From Macrostomum lignano (lineage: Eukaryota), in assembly GCA_002269645.1 (NCBI GenBank), contig NIVC01001215.1:270625-334624 (forward strand): DNA of 64,000 nucleotides. Direction: 5' to 3'. Shown here in pieces: positions 27,051-39,439 of this stretch. Each line of letters opens with the position of its first letter. Within the stretch, counting starts at the first letter, position 1. Both the position numbers and the translations under genes were made by a program. Under the pieces are notes generated by a model. It saw only the letters and a list, made by a program, of their open reading frames with translations. It was not told where the DNA came from and did no database searches.

Positions 27051-28316
27051 TAAAAATGAACTCTATCAAAATCTTTTCATGAGACTGAACTTCATCAAAA
27101 TCCCTTTTGATAAACTACAAATATATCTTTTTCTTGGAGGACTTGCACTTCTTTGGCCATCAGTCTCAGTCTCCGAATCTGAGTCCAAATGAATGGCTAT
27201 GTTGTGGTTGGATCTGCGCTTCAGTACCAGCATCAGTTGATGGTCAAGATTCTATAGCAATAGATTTAGCATGAGCAGTGGGCCGTTGTACAAATTCTGT
27301 CTCAAGACTTCTAGTTTTTTCTTTATTTCAAAACAGCTTCTCAGCTAACATTACTCGAGAAGAATAATGTTGTTGCATCTGCACCATGAATTTCAATTTT
27401 TTGCATTCTGCATAGATAGATCTCTGTTAAAAGCAACAACCTCTGGATTTTGCACTGCCATTAACAGTCCCTCTCTGTGTGAGCTTGCTGAACATTGGGA
27501 TGGTGGTGCTTCTAGTTCCCTTGAATGTGCTGTAGCTGCACCATCACCTGATCCCCCAGGCTGCACTTAAGATTGCTGGTAAATTTTCTTCTAGTATCCA
27601 ATGCACACCACAACAGTCATTAACTTCTCCAGGAGTTACATGACCAAGTTTCCATCGTGTAAGGAGCAATGTCTTTTGCTCTTTAGCTGCAGAAAGGGGA
27701 CACTAGTTGATGAAATAGTCTTCATGACCATTTTCATCCCATTCATGTGCAAGATTCAATACATAATCAGGTGCAAGTCTATCTTTAAGTGAAGTATATA
27801 ATGACTCAAAGAATGTACACCTATATATATACGTATATATATAAGTTAGTTTGCCAGGCCCAGACATACAGTACAGTATGTAGGGAGTATAGCCTATAGG
27901 GTACAGGCTACAGTGCAGTTTAGTACTGCATAAATGAATAAGTGAATGATAAATCAATCGGGAAAGAGAGTGAAGGTAGGAAAAGAGAAGAGAAATGAGG
28001 TAATTCCATTTTTCAATGAGCATAAGCACGCAACGCATGCTACCCCCCCCCCCGGTCTTTCAGTGTGGTGGCGCATAAGTAAGTCGCAAATCGCAAATCT
28101 GGACAAAACTAAGTCGCACTAGATAGGTGAAATTTTGAGGTTGGGCATGTATGCTCTGAATAATTGTCTATATATATGTCTAAGATAGATTTAAACAAAA
28201 ATTAATTTTTGAAAATATTATGAAAAATATAATATACAGTATAGCAAGAAGTTTTTCTTGGATTTATGCAGACTTAAAATGCATTAAATTTTTATAATTT
28301 TTATGTAAAATAGAGG

Positions 28317-28961
28317 CCTATCTCAGATATATACATTAGATAGTTTTAACATTGGTAAAAACCAATTGGCCAAAGTTATATATTACATTAGCATATAGCA
28401 ATATACGATATAATCCATAGGCCTAATAATAGGCCCCTATATGCCATATGGCCTAACCAATCCACACTCAGGAAGGTTACATGTAAGCTAGAATTTTCCA
28501 GCGTACCATTGAGAAGTTTGGCTATTTTGGCGTACCAATTTGGCGTACCACTTTGAGCTCGAGAAATTTTTGGCATACCAATTTTGGTGAATAAATGGAT
28601 GCGTATATAAAAATTGTAATGTAAATTAACCCTTTTTAGTTTTTACGTAAAATGAAGGAAAATTTATATAGTCTAGAAAGTCAGTTTTAAACTTTTTGCT
28701 TTTTTACAATTAATAATGAATAAAATTTGTGTAAATTATTGCTAAGAATTTAAATTTTGCATTTTTTTCTGTAGGTTTAATTTAAGTTTGTTTAAAATGA
28801 AAATATTCGTAATATTTGAAAGAATTTTTGTACAAAAAACCTTTCTTAGAAAACTCTACTCCTGAAAACCGAATGACCTTTTTTTAGGAGGAATTTTGGT
28901 GTACATTTTAGGGAATTTTTTTGTTTTTGGCGTACACTGGCGTACATTTAGCTGAGATAGG
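28317..28961. mobile_element. Possible degenerate non-autonomous DNA transposon (MITE-like)
   Basis: Inverted 10-mer CCTATCTCAG (28317) / CTGAGATAGG (28952) and clustered GGCGTAC(C)A motifs at 28500-28580 and 28928-28946. No TSD found. Confidence 0.3.
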
Positions 28962-29787
28962 ATTCTTGTTCCAGCATACACTACTACACAATCCAAACCG
29001 TGGTAACCAATAAGCCTAACTACCTGGTTGGCAGTTAGAAAGTGATAGCCATCTCTTGTTTACACTTTTAAAAAACATGCCACCACCTTTTTACTGGAGA
29101 GACTGAGTGGCCAAAAAAGTTTTAAAATGATATATTTTGCTTTGAACAAACTTAATTGTTTTATTTTTAATATTTTAATAGCTTATTGCTATTGCTATTT
29201 GCTAAACAAAAAGCAAACTAAAACTAAAGGCATAGGCCTAGGCCTGTCTACACATGGCCATTAGCTGGCATAAGGGGAAAAAGCTCAACAAAAGCATGTT
29301 TTGACTTTGACTCGCTTCATACCATAGACATAGTGGCATAGTCCATAACCAGATTAGGTCTAGTTTTTGAAACTTTATTAACTCCTATATAGCTAGTGTA
29401 ATATGCAACCACTATTTCTCTTTGAAGCTTGTATATGAAAGTTAGTCAGGGGTTGTCATGTAATAAATATACTTAATCCGTTAATCGTAGGCCAACAATG
29501 ACGCGACGGACGTCGAGTCGGTCGAAATCGGAACCTTCGAGTTCGAGGAAATTAAAATTCAACAGTTTCTGAGTTGTGATTCAAATGCGCGCCACAACGG
29601 AATGTATTTAAAAGAGCTGCCAATCAAACTTTTAGTATAAAAATTATATTTAAAGAAAAGCTAATTTGATTTTTATTTATAGGTAAAAATAACTTTAGGC
29701 AAAACAATAAAACTGTTCTGTTTAATCGATTTCAGAGGCTGATGCATACAAATGCTAACCAGGGACTACTACAACGTTCGTGACTTA

Positions 29788-31128
29788 CATGAACTACGTC
29801 CAGTCAGTCGCTCTTTACGGTGCCAGCGCCTGGATGACCATCGCCTCGGAGAGCTGCTGCAGGGAAGTCGAAACCGTTCACAATTCGGCGGCCAGAGTTA
29901 TCACCGGATGCTGCCGCTCTACGCCTACCAACGCTCTTCTTGCTGAAGCCGATATGCTCCCCCTCCCGACCCTCGCTAAGGCTGCGGCCGCCAAACTCTT
30001 CGAGAGGGCCGCTTGGCAACGCCAACCGACTCCTCTCTCCCGCCTCGCGAACAAGACACCGCCTCGACCGCGCCTTCGTGCCCACGGAAGACAGGGCGCC
30101 TTCCGTCAAGACTGGCGAGGTAAGGCTATCAACGCCTCCACGGACGCTGGCCTTATCGACGCCCCACGCGCCATGGATACCCTCGCCCCGCCACCCTGGT
30201 CTGATACGTCCAAAGTGTCCATCTCTTGGAACACGCGAAGACCAACTCGAGCAGGGAGGACCCGCCTCACATCCGTTAGACCAACTCCCGGCTGCGGACG
30301 TCGAGATCTGGACGGATGGCTCGACCAAGGACGGCACCCACGGCGGCGGCGCCGGAGCCGTCATTGTCCAGAACCGGACCGTGGTGGACAGGATCACCGG
30401 CCCGGCCGGAATCATCACCTCCTCCTTCCAGGCCGAAGAGGGAAGCCCTCCACCTCGGCCTTGCAGCGGTCCTTCGGATCTACTCTAACCACATACCCGA
30501 CCGCATCAGGTGTCTCACCGACTCCCAGGCGCTTCTCCGCTCCCTCCAGCAAGGCCCTGCGAAAGCGCGCTCTCCGGGCTGCTGTACGATCTGGGAACTC
30601 CTCGTCTCCATCTCGGCCTCCACGCACGTAGATCTTCAATGGGTGCCAGGACACGCTGGGCTCCGCCTCAACGACCTGGCTAAAATCAGCCTGGCCGCGG
30701 CTAAAGCGGCGATCGATCGATCAGCGAAGTCCCAATTCACCGCGGTCTACCGAGCGGACCCGCACTGCATCACTCACCGCCTAACCACCGGGGACGACGC
30801 CAAAATCAAGAGATCTCTCCCCAGACATGACGAGATCTCCCTCGCCCAACTCCGAACTGGTCACTCCCCCTTGCTCCAGCAGTACCGTCACCGCATTGGC
30901 CAAGCCGACAGCCCTACGTGCCCGCACTGCGGCGAAGCCGATGAGGACCTGGAGCACCTGATCAAGGTTTGCCGCTCTCACCAACAGGCCAGAGACCGGC
31001 ACCTTGGCGAAAACCCGAGCCTCCAGACGCTCAGCAACATCAGCAGGCAGGTGATAGACTTCTTGAAGGAGGTCGGGGCTCAGACCCGCCCCCCGGACTG
31101 ACCGGCCGGAAATAACAACAACAACAAC
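29788..31128 (+). mobile_element. 5'-truncated non-LTR retrotransposon (RNase H-containing, I-group/Ingi-like): end of RT thumb, RNase H, CCHC finger, (AAC)n tail; frameshifted
   Basis: VQSVALYGASAW..AARVITGCCRSTP (post-RT); EIWTDGS..SSFQAE..TDSQALL..LQWVPGHAG (RNase H); QLRTGHSPL..CPHCGEADEDLEHLIKVC. Tail AATAACAACAACAACAAC; TSD CGTGACTTA at 29779-29787 and 31128-31136. Coding frame switches twice. Confidence 0.92.
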
Positions 31129-31909
31129 GTGACTTATATCTCAGTGCATGTTTGTTTATTCACCGAAATATTGTAATCTTGATTAAAAATAAACAAAGTT
31201 GTTATTAGGCCGTTTCCCGCGTCCCTAGTATTAAGTAGTCCGGCCCTGACCGCAGAGCGTCGGATACGCGTCGGACCCCATACGGATAAATACGGCAAGC
31301 TGAAGGAGCGCCTGCTCGGCACTTTTAGCCTCGCCCGGCAGCAGGGATCGAAGATGTGAAAAATGAGGAGTTTAGTATTAAAGGTTAATAACTAGGCCCT
31401 TAGGCAAAATACAATAAACAGGCAATTAGGCGGCTTCACTATTGAGTAAAAATACAGCAAAGATACGGTAACACAATTGGCTCAGCTCTCTAATAAAGAA
31501 ATGGGAAATAAGCAAACCCCGGATAAGCAAAGACAATTAAAGCACAAATTACCTTAATTAATAAGTAACTTTAATTAGTGAGTACAGGAACTCACCGGCA
31601 GCTGCACAGAGAGAGAGAGCGATGGAGTGACCGAGGGCGGCTGTTGGCTGCGGACAGGCAGGTAGTGAAGCGGTGATGCGCTGGAGCGACGAGGCGCTGA
31701 TGTAGCTCAGTTGATGCTGAGGATGCTGGGCGGTATCAGACCGCGGGCCGGCAGATGAGCTCGCCTGGGGAGCTTGGGAACTTGGCGGTATCGGACCGTG
31801 GGCCGGCAGAGATTCGTCCTTGACGAATGGGGGGTCAGATCAACGTCTGACGGCAAGTCCAAAGATAGGACGATGAGAAAACCTTCTGAGGATTCTCACG
31901 CCGAAAATC

Positions 31910-32010
31910 ACTTCCTTAAATAGTCCTCACGACCGCCGCTCCAAGGTCGTTTCCATGACTTCCTCTCTCTGATTGGCTGCCGGGAAAATGACGTCAGAAT
32001 GAGTCATGAT
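31910..32010 (-). promoter_or_regulatory. Compact Pol II promoter-like module firing leftward: AP-1 TGAGTCA (32000), CRE TGACGTCA (31989), CCAAT (31972-31976), TATA-like TATTTAA (31922-31916)
   Basis: Four motifs in canonical order and spacing on the minus strand within 95 bp. A CCG|GTGAGT donor follows about 320 nt downstream. Confidence 0.45.
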
Positions 32011-32082
32011 GAGAAGAATGAGAACGGCATAGCAACATGAGAAATGGGAAAATTGCGCAATCCGGAGGAGGGGTGGGGGATA

Positions 32083-32952
32083 ATGCTTGCTATCTGGGGG
32101 ATGCTTGCTATCTGGGGGATGCTTGCTATCTGGGGGATGCTTGCTATCTGGGGGATGCTTGCTATCTGGGGGATGCTTGCTATCTGGGGGATGCTTGCTA
32201 TCTGGGGGATGCTTGCTATCTGGGGGATGCTTGCTATCTGGGGGATGCTTGCTTTCTGGGGGATGCTTGATATCTGGGGGATGCTTGCTATCTGGGGTCT
32301 GGGGGATGCTTACTATCTGGGGGATGCTTGATATCTGGGGGATGCTTGCTATCTGGGGTCTGGGGATGCTTGCTATCTGGGGTTGCTTGCTATCTGGGGT
32401 CTGGGGATGCTTGCTATCTGGGGGATGCTTGCTATCTGGGGGATGCTTGCTATCTGGGGGATGCTTGCTATCTGGGGGATGCTTGCTATCTGGGGGATGC
32501 TTGCTTTCTGGGGGATGCTTGCGATCTGGGGGATGCTTGCGGTCTGGGGGATGCTTGCTATCTGGGGATGCTTGCTATCTGGAGGATGCTTGCGGTCTGG
32601 GGGATGCTTGCGGTCTGGGGGATGCTTGCTTTCTGGGGGATGCTTGCGATCTGGGGGATGCTTGCGGTCTGGGGGATGCTTGCTATCTGGGGGATGCTTG
32701 CTATCTGGGGGATGCTTGCGGTCTGGGGGATGCTTGCGGTCTGGGGGATGCTTGCGGTCTGGGGGATGCTTGCGGTCTGGGGGATGCTTGCGGTCTGGGG
32801 GATGCTTGCGGTCTGGGGGATGCTTGCGGTCTGGGGGATGCTTGCGGTCTGGGGGATGCTTGCGGTCTGGGGGATGCTTGCTATCTGGGGGATGCTTGCT
32901 ATCTGGGGGATGCTTGCGGTCTGGGGATGCTTGCATGCTGTCTGGGGATGCT
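32083..32952. repeat. 20-bp G-rich minisatellite GGGGGATGCTTGC(TAT/GGT)CT.., about 43 copies
   Basis: Read directly; left copies mostly CTATCT, right copies mostly CGGTCT. Confidence 0.95.
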
Positions 32953-33297
32953 TGCTCTCTTGGGATGTTTTCTTTTTAGAGGGAATGTCTGTTGTTTTTT
33001 TGAAGGCTTTATTTCGCTGTCTATTTGTTACTTGTAAAGAACAAAGATTCTATCCAGATGTCCCCCATCGGGGGGGGGGCGAAGATTTCTAGTTGATAAG
33101 CTGAATTTCTCAATTTTATTGTCAGTGTTTTATTCCTGGGTTTGGCAACAGCAAATAAGGCAGACCGGCAGCGCAAGAGGCCTGCAGAGTTCATTGAGAC
33201 TTATCGTTTCTCAGAAAACACTTTTACAACTTCATACGAGTACCCACACGGTCAAATGTGACCCTGCTGAGAGCAAAAGCGGAAATTATTGACTTCT

Positions 33298-35883
33298 TTA
33301 AATAGTGATCCAGCGAAAGATGATGAACCCCGAAGGCTCGACGTTTGCCCCGATGGCCTGATAATTTTGGCGGCGTCTTCGAGCCTGCAGGCACAGGGCG
33401 ATGAAGCCAGCAGACAGCGGAACCAGCAACAGCAGCCACAGCAGCTGCAGCTTGCTGGGCGGTCGTTGGCCCGACGGTATCGGAAAGAACTCGTCGGTGC
33501 CACCGCTCGGCATGGCGCAAACAAAGTTGCGCGACATCGAGTTGCCCTGCGTCATTGTTATGAAGTATTTTGCAGTCAGCCAGAGGTAGGCAGTGCGCTC
33601 GTCGCGGCCGCAACCTCTGCTCGACCAGTGGCTTGGCGGCGGATTGCTTATCATGGTGTCGCATTGGATCCAGTCGGCTGATTCTCTGCCAAGCCAAGCG
33701 GTTTGTAGGAACCCCGTTTTCTGCTGTGCTTTGACACGGCTTTGCCAAAGAATGCCAAAAAGAGAAGGGAGACAGGAGAGAGAAGGGAGACAGGAGAGAG
33801 AAGGGAGACAGGAGAGAGAAGGGAGACAGGAGAGAGAAGGGAGACAGGAGAGAGAAGGGAGACAGGAGAGAGAATGGAGACAGGAGAGAGAAGGGAGACT
33901 TAAGAGAGAGAAGGGAGACAGGAGAGAGAAGGGAGACAGGAGAGAGAAGGGAGACAGGAGAGAGAAGGGAGACAGGAGAGAGAAGGGAGACAGGAGAGAG
34001 AAGGGATATAGGAGAAAGAAGGGAGACAGGAGAGAGAAGGGATACAGGAGAGAGAATGGAGACAGGAGAGAGAAGGGAGACAGGAGAGAGAAGGGAGACA
34101 GGAGAGAGAAGGGAGACAGGAGAGAGAAGGGAGACAGGAGAGAGAATGGAGACAGGAGAGAGAAGGGAGACTTAAGAGAGAGAAGGGAGACAGGAGAGAG
34201 AAGGGAGACTTAAGAGAGAGAAGGGCAGGAGAGAGAAGGGAGACAGGAGAGAGAAGGGAGACAGGAGAGAGAAGAGGGACAGGAGAGAGAAGGGCAGGAG
34301 AGAGAAGGGAGACTGGAGAGAGAAGGGATACAGGAGAGAGAAGGGAGACAGGAGAGAGAAAAGGGAGACAGGAGAGAGAAAAGGGAGACAGGAGAGAGAA
34401 AAGGGAGACAGGAGAGCGAAGGGAGACAGGAGAGAGAAGGGAGACAGGAGAGAGAAGGGAGACAGGAGAGAGAAGGGAGACAGGAGAGAGAATGGAGACA
34501 GGAGAGAGAAGGGAGACTTAAGAGAGAGAAGGGAGACAGGAGAGAGAAGAGGGACAGGAGAGAGAAGGGCAGGAGAGAGAAGGGAGACAGGAGAGAGAAG
34601 GGCAGGAGAGAGAAGGGAGACAGGAGAGAGAATGGAGACAGGAGAGAGAAGGGAGACAGGAGAGAGAAGGGAGACAGGAGAGAGAAGGGAGACAGGAGAG
34701 AGAAGGGAGACAGGAGAGAGAAGGGAGACAGGAGAGAGAAGGGAGACTTAAGAGAGAGAAGGGAGACAGGAGAGAGAAGAGGGACAGGAGAGAGAAGGGC
34801 AGGAGAGAGAAGGGAGACAGGAGAGAGAAGGGAGACAGGAGAGAGAAGGGAGACAGGAGAGAGAAGGGAGACAGGAGAGAGAAGGGAGACAGGAGAGAGA
34901 AGGGAGACAGGAGAGAGAAGGGAGACAGGAGAGAGAAGGGAGACAGGAGAGAGAAGGGAGACTTAAGAGAGAGAAAGGAGACAGGAGAAGAGGGACAGGA
35001 GAAAACCGGAAAAACAATCGTGACTTTTTCATAAAAATGAAACTCGTGACTCTCAAATAAGAGCTTTGAGAATCTTCAGCTCACTTTCTAAGGATGCATA
35101 GCGAAATTCCAATCACAATATACTAAATCTCTAATTGCTGCAGCAAATAGAAAGCAGAGAAGCTCACATGTCTAGCGGAGTGCCGTCAAGCCAGTAAAGC
35201 TTTCCGGGCCCAGCCGTAGTGTTGTCCGTCAGTCCGATCCACACAGGATGGGGGAACCTAAACCGCTCAGCCAGCTCCTTGACGCTGCGAATTCCAGCGC
35301 GTTGCAGCAGCGGCAGAGTGAGCAAGTTCGACCTCATATTGTTGCATTTGGCCTGACATTGGCTGAAGTAGCCCCGCCCTGCAACCCCCTGCCCCGAGCC
35401 CGACGAGATGCAGACGTCGCCGAGACTCGTCCATCCAGGGGGGCAGCCGGTGAATCGGGTGAACTTAAGGCAGTAGCCATGCAAGTTCAGGTACGTCAGA
35501 GATCGGGTGAGGAAGTGCGCAGTCAGGGAGCTGGTTCGCGTGATCATGATGTAATGATTGAAGTCGACTTCATTCTGCATTAGTGTGCGGTTTCCGTCCC
35601 GGATCACAAAGTTGTGCTCGTTTGAGTCGGCGTAGTTATACAGCATTTCGATCATGTACAGCGAGCCGGAGGTGCGGTTAGGATCGCTGATCACGAAATT
35701 GCAGTCCATATTGGGAGACACGTAGCGCCTGTGTCCATATGTGAAGTACAGTGTGAAGTCGGAGTCGGTGATTTCGACTGGCTCTGCCGACTTGCTGCAG
35801 TAGAAGGTCTTCTGAGACAGCACTGGACTGCTCACAAACAGTAGTGAGAGAAGCAGGTGGGACCAAACACGGGCTGAATTCAT
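33298..35883 (-). CDS. Type I membrane protein: signal peptide, CUB-like domain, C-type lectin-like domain, TM helix, short basic tail. Exons 35883-35168 and 33685-33298.
   Basis: MNSARVWSHLLLSLLFVSSPVLSQ signal; YVSPNMDCNFVI..FVIRDG..GYCLKF (CUB-like); CPPGWTSLGDVC..C..C..VWIGLTD..YWLDGTPL..NFVC (CTLD); LQLLWLLLLVPLSAGFIALCL-QARRRR. Phase-2 intron AT|GTGAGC..TTGGCAG|A. Confidence 0.85.
33761..35002. repeat. 18-bp purine-rich minisatellite (GAGAGAAGGGAGACAGGA) filling the intron of the CUB-CTL gene
   Basis: Period 18 (33781 to 33799). Confidence 0.95.
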
Positions 35884-36313
35884 CTTTCTATTGGAAACTT
35901 TCCGCTTCTGATGCTGAGGTAGAATCGCTGAGGGGCTGCAAGGAACAACTGTAAGGTTTAGCGCCAAAATAGCACTTATACCCTGCACAGTTCAGTGCAG
36001 AGAGGCACTAATTACTCAGCAAAGGGTTTACAGATCCACCAGAATAGGCTGCACAAACCCAAGGAGCGGTAAGCGAGGCGAGGCCACACTAAAGCATAAG
36101 CAGATGTACAGATAAGGTAAGTAAGATAGTAGAAGCCCACAAATAAGTGAGACAATAGAGGCCCACAGTGAGAGCAGCAGCGCACAAGACTACAACAGCC
36201 TCCATCCATTCCAGACAGAAGACAAAGGCGAGGCGGCGAGGGCAGGCAGCCGGACAGGATTAATGAGCACCGGCAAGGGGTTGGGCCGGAGTAGCGGGCG
36301 CACCCAAGGCCGG

Positions 36314-36750
36314 CGGCCAACCCGAGGAGGGTAGCAACCGAGAGGGTCAATCCCACGGCCAACCCGAGGGTAGCAACCGAGAGGGTCAATCCCACGGCCA
36401 ACCCGAGGAGGGTAGCAACCGAGAGGGTCAATCCCACGGCCAACCCGAGGAGGGTAGCAACCGAGAGGGTCAATCCCACGGCCAGCCCTAGGGTAGCAAC
36501 CGAGAGGGTCAATCCCACGGCCAACCCGAGGGTAGCAACCGAGAGGGTCAATCCCACGGCCAGCCCTAGGGTAGCAACCGAGAGGGTCAATCCCACGGCC
36601 AACCCGAGGGTAGCAACCGAGAGGGTCAATCCCACGGCCAGCCCTAGGGTAGCAACCGAGAGGGTCAATCCCACGGCCAACCCGAGGGTAGCAACCGAGA
36701 GGGTCAATCCCACGGCCAACCCGAGGGTAGCAACCGAGAGGGTCAATCCC
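36314..36750. repeat. 36/39-bp minisatellite (GGGTAGCAACCGAGAGGGTCAATCCCACGGCCAACCCGA), about 11 copies
   Basis: Read directly. Confidence 0.93.
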
Positions 36751-37554
36751 TCCTTAGTGCATACTATGCATGTTAAGTCATGGAAAAAATATTATCATTG
36801 AATGCAGATTCTTTCAGTGTTTTTGCATTTATTTCACAGTTTTTTGTACAAATGTGTTTCCATCTTGCTTAGTACCATGTCGGGAGACTACTAAGTATAT
36901 TTTATTTTACTCAGAAGACTCAGAATTCTTTTTTTGGAAACTACTTTTGTCGTCCTATATATCGCCTTTTGACTCTATTTATCTGATCTTGGGCACAGAA
37001 CCAGTGGCATCTATACGAGCGTACCTGTACGTCCGCGATAGGTTCCAGATCCGCTCCACAGTGACAATAAATAGCATCGTTTAATTAAGTGCTATATCAA
37101 TATTAATAGTCATATTTTGTGTCCTAAATGTCGATTTCAGAAACTTGCCAGACTAAAACTTTGTGTGTTCTTCGCATGAAACTAATTTCTAAGACTTCTG
37201 CATCGTGTAAACCATGCATTACAAATCTGACATGAATGAGGACTAAATTATTTGCCTCCTGTGAAAAAAACTACACTTCCACGGTTATTGGAGCTGAGGA
37301 AGGCTACATAAACTTAGTATTCAGCTTCAAATAAAATTTGCACATTTTATACGTGTCCTTCCACTTAAAGTAGTCTGTGGTGGATCCGCGAGCCGACCTG
37401 CAAAAAAAGCAAAAAGGATTAAAGACTGACCTCCCCTAATCGCTCCAAATCAATCAGGGCACAACTACTAAGCCTAACCGACTTACCCTCGCCACCGCAG
37501 CAACACGCTGGTTTGGTGTTTAAAACTCCGGAAATCTGTTGCATCCACTGCTTA

Positions 37555-37890
37555 TGAACACCCGCAGTCGCTAACCACGCGAAAACTCAGCCCACCGGCG
37601 ACAGGTACGAGGTTTTGGGAAACTATAAGACAAGGCAAGACGTCACTAAGACTCGTCCACTCAGGTGGGCAGCCGGTAAATCGGATGAACTGGAGACTGT
37701 AGCCAACTACGGTCAGGTCCGTCAGAGACCGGCGAGGAAGTGTGCGGTCAGGGAGCTTGTTCGTGTGATGCATTTATGGAAGCTGATGTCATTCTGGATC
37801 AGTACGCGGTCTCCGTCCCGAATCACAAATTCCCCACTCGTCTACGCTGTAGTTACTCGTAGCGAGCCAGCATGTTGATCATGATCTCTG
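37555..37890 (-). pseudogene. Degraded partial duplicate of the CUB-CTL gene (CUB C-terminus and CTLD start)
   Basis: FVIRDGDRVLIQND..ITRTSSLTAHFL and QFIRFTGCPPEWTSLSDV align with 35400-35640 but lie in different frames with stops. Confidence 0.8.
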
Positions 37891-38008
37891 ATGCTGTGGT
37901 AGAATTTGCTGTAGTGCTGCAGGGAATTTTATAATAACAGTAATACTGTCATTACTTATGGGGGAAAAATAGTTCTTATACCCATAGATCACTCATTAGA
38001 CACTCAGA

Positions 38009-38716
38009 GACACTCATTACTCAGGGCAGAGAGACACTCATTACTCAGGGCAGAGAGACACTCATTACTCAGGGCAGAGAGACACTCATTACTCAGGGCA
38101 GAGAGACACTCATTACTCAGGACAGAGAGACACTCATTACTCAGGACAGAGAGACACTCATTACTCAGGGCAGAGAGACACTCATTACTCAGGGCAGAGA
38201 GACACTCATTACTCAGGGCAGAGAGACACTCATTACTCAGGGCAGAGAGACACTCATTACTCAGGGCAGAGAGACACTCATTACTCAGGGCAGAGAGACA
38301 CTCATTACTCAGGGCAGAGAGACACTCATTACTCAGGGCAGAGAGACACTCATTACTCAGGGCAGAGAGACACTCATTACTCAGGGCAGAGAGACACTCA
38401 TTACTCAGGGCAGAGAGACACTCATTACTCAGGGCAGAGAGACACTCATTACTCAGGGCAGAGAGACACTCATTACTCAGGGCAGAGAGACACTCATTAC
38501 TCAGGGCAGAGAGACACTCATTACTCAGGGCAGAGAGACACTCATTACTCAGGGCAGAGAGACACTCATTACTCAGGGCAGAGAGACACTCATTACTCAG
38601 GGCAGAGAGACACTCATTACTCAGGGCAGAGAGACACTCATTACTCAGGGCAGAGAGACACTCATTACTCAGGGCGGAGAGACACTCATTACTCAGGGCA
38701 GAGAGACACTCATTAC
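38009..38716. repeat. Near-perfect 24-bp minisatellite CACTCATTACTCAGGGCAGAGAGA, about 29 copies
   Basis: Period 24 (38041 to 38065). Confidence 0.97.
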
Positions 38717-39134
38717 TTAGTGCGGAGAGGCACTCACTGCGCCCATTTACTTGCGAAGTATCTTAATGATAAGACAGATATCTTAATCATACAATAAAAA
38801 TGCGATACAATTTGACTATACAAACCAGACGTTTAAAATATCAGGGTTTAATTGCTGTGCATCGAGTTTTAAACAGAGCAGCAGGGTGCGAGAGAGAGAT
38901 GGGCAAAAGCAGTTTCGGAAGAGACTGACCGATGTTCACCGATGCACATTTCCAGTGCCCAGCCGCCATCAGTCACTGAAGCTAAATATAGGGGCTTGAA
39001 GCATTACATTGCATTGCATTCCTCGTAGTACGATTTTGGCATTATTATTTGATTGGTGTCAAGTACTCATTCTTATCCACTAATAGCTTTGTTGCCTTAT
39101 CCATCTCTGTGCACCGATTCCTGGATCCTACGCT

Positions 39135-39400
39135 TTCCCGAGTTCCCCAAATGACACGATTCCCCGAGTTCCCCAAATGACACGATTTCCCTAGTTCCCC
39201 AAATGACACGATTTCCCGAGTTCCCCAAATGACACGATTTCCCGAGTTCCCCAAATGACACGATTTCCCGAGTTCCCCAAATGACACCGATTCCCCGAGT
39301 TCCCCAAATGACACGATTCCTCGAGTTCCCCAAATCCTATGATTTCCCGAGTTCCCCAAATGTCATGATTCCCCGAGATACCAAATCCCAAGATTCATCG
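39135..39400. repeat. 25/26-bp minisatellite (CCCGAGTTCCCCAAATGACACGATT[T])
   Basis: Read directly; degenerate copies recur near 39765-39810. Confidence 0.88.
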
Positions 39401-39439
39401 ACACTGAAATCTCATGATTGCCAAAGTTCTGCAACAAAT

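Noticed and set aside
26243-27053. Ser/Leu-rich ORFs
   Set aside because: Artefacts of the CT-rich low-complexity tract.
32037-33092. Multiple repetitive ORFs (GDACYL, WGMLAI, SGGCLL)
   Set aside because: All frames of the 20-bp array.
36314-36750. X-box array (GTAGCAAC in each unit)
   Set aside because: Only half-sites; the left half of the palindrome is absent.
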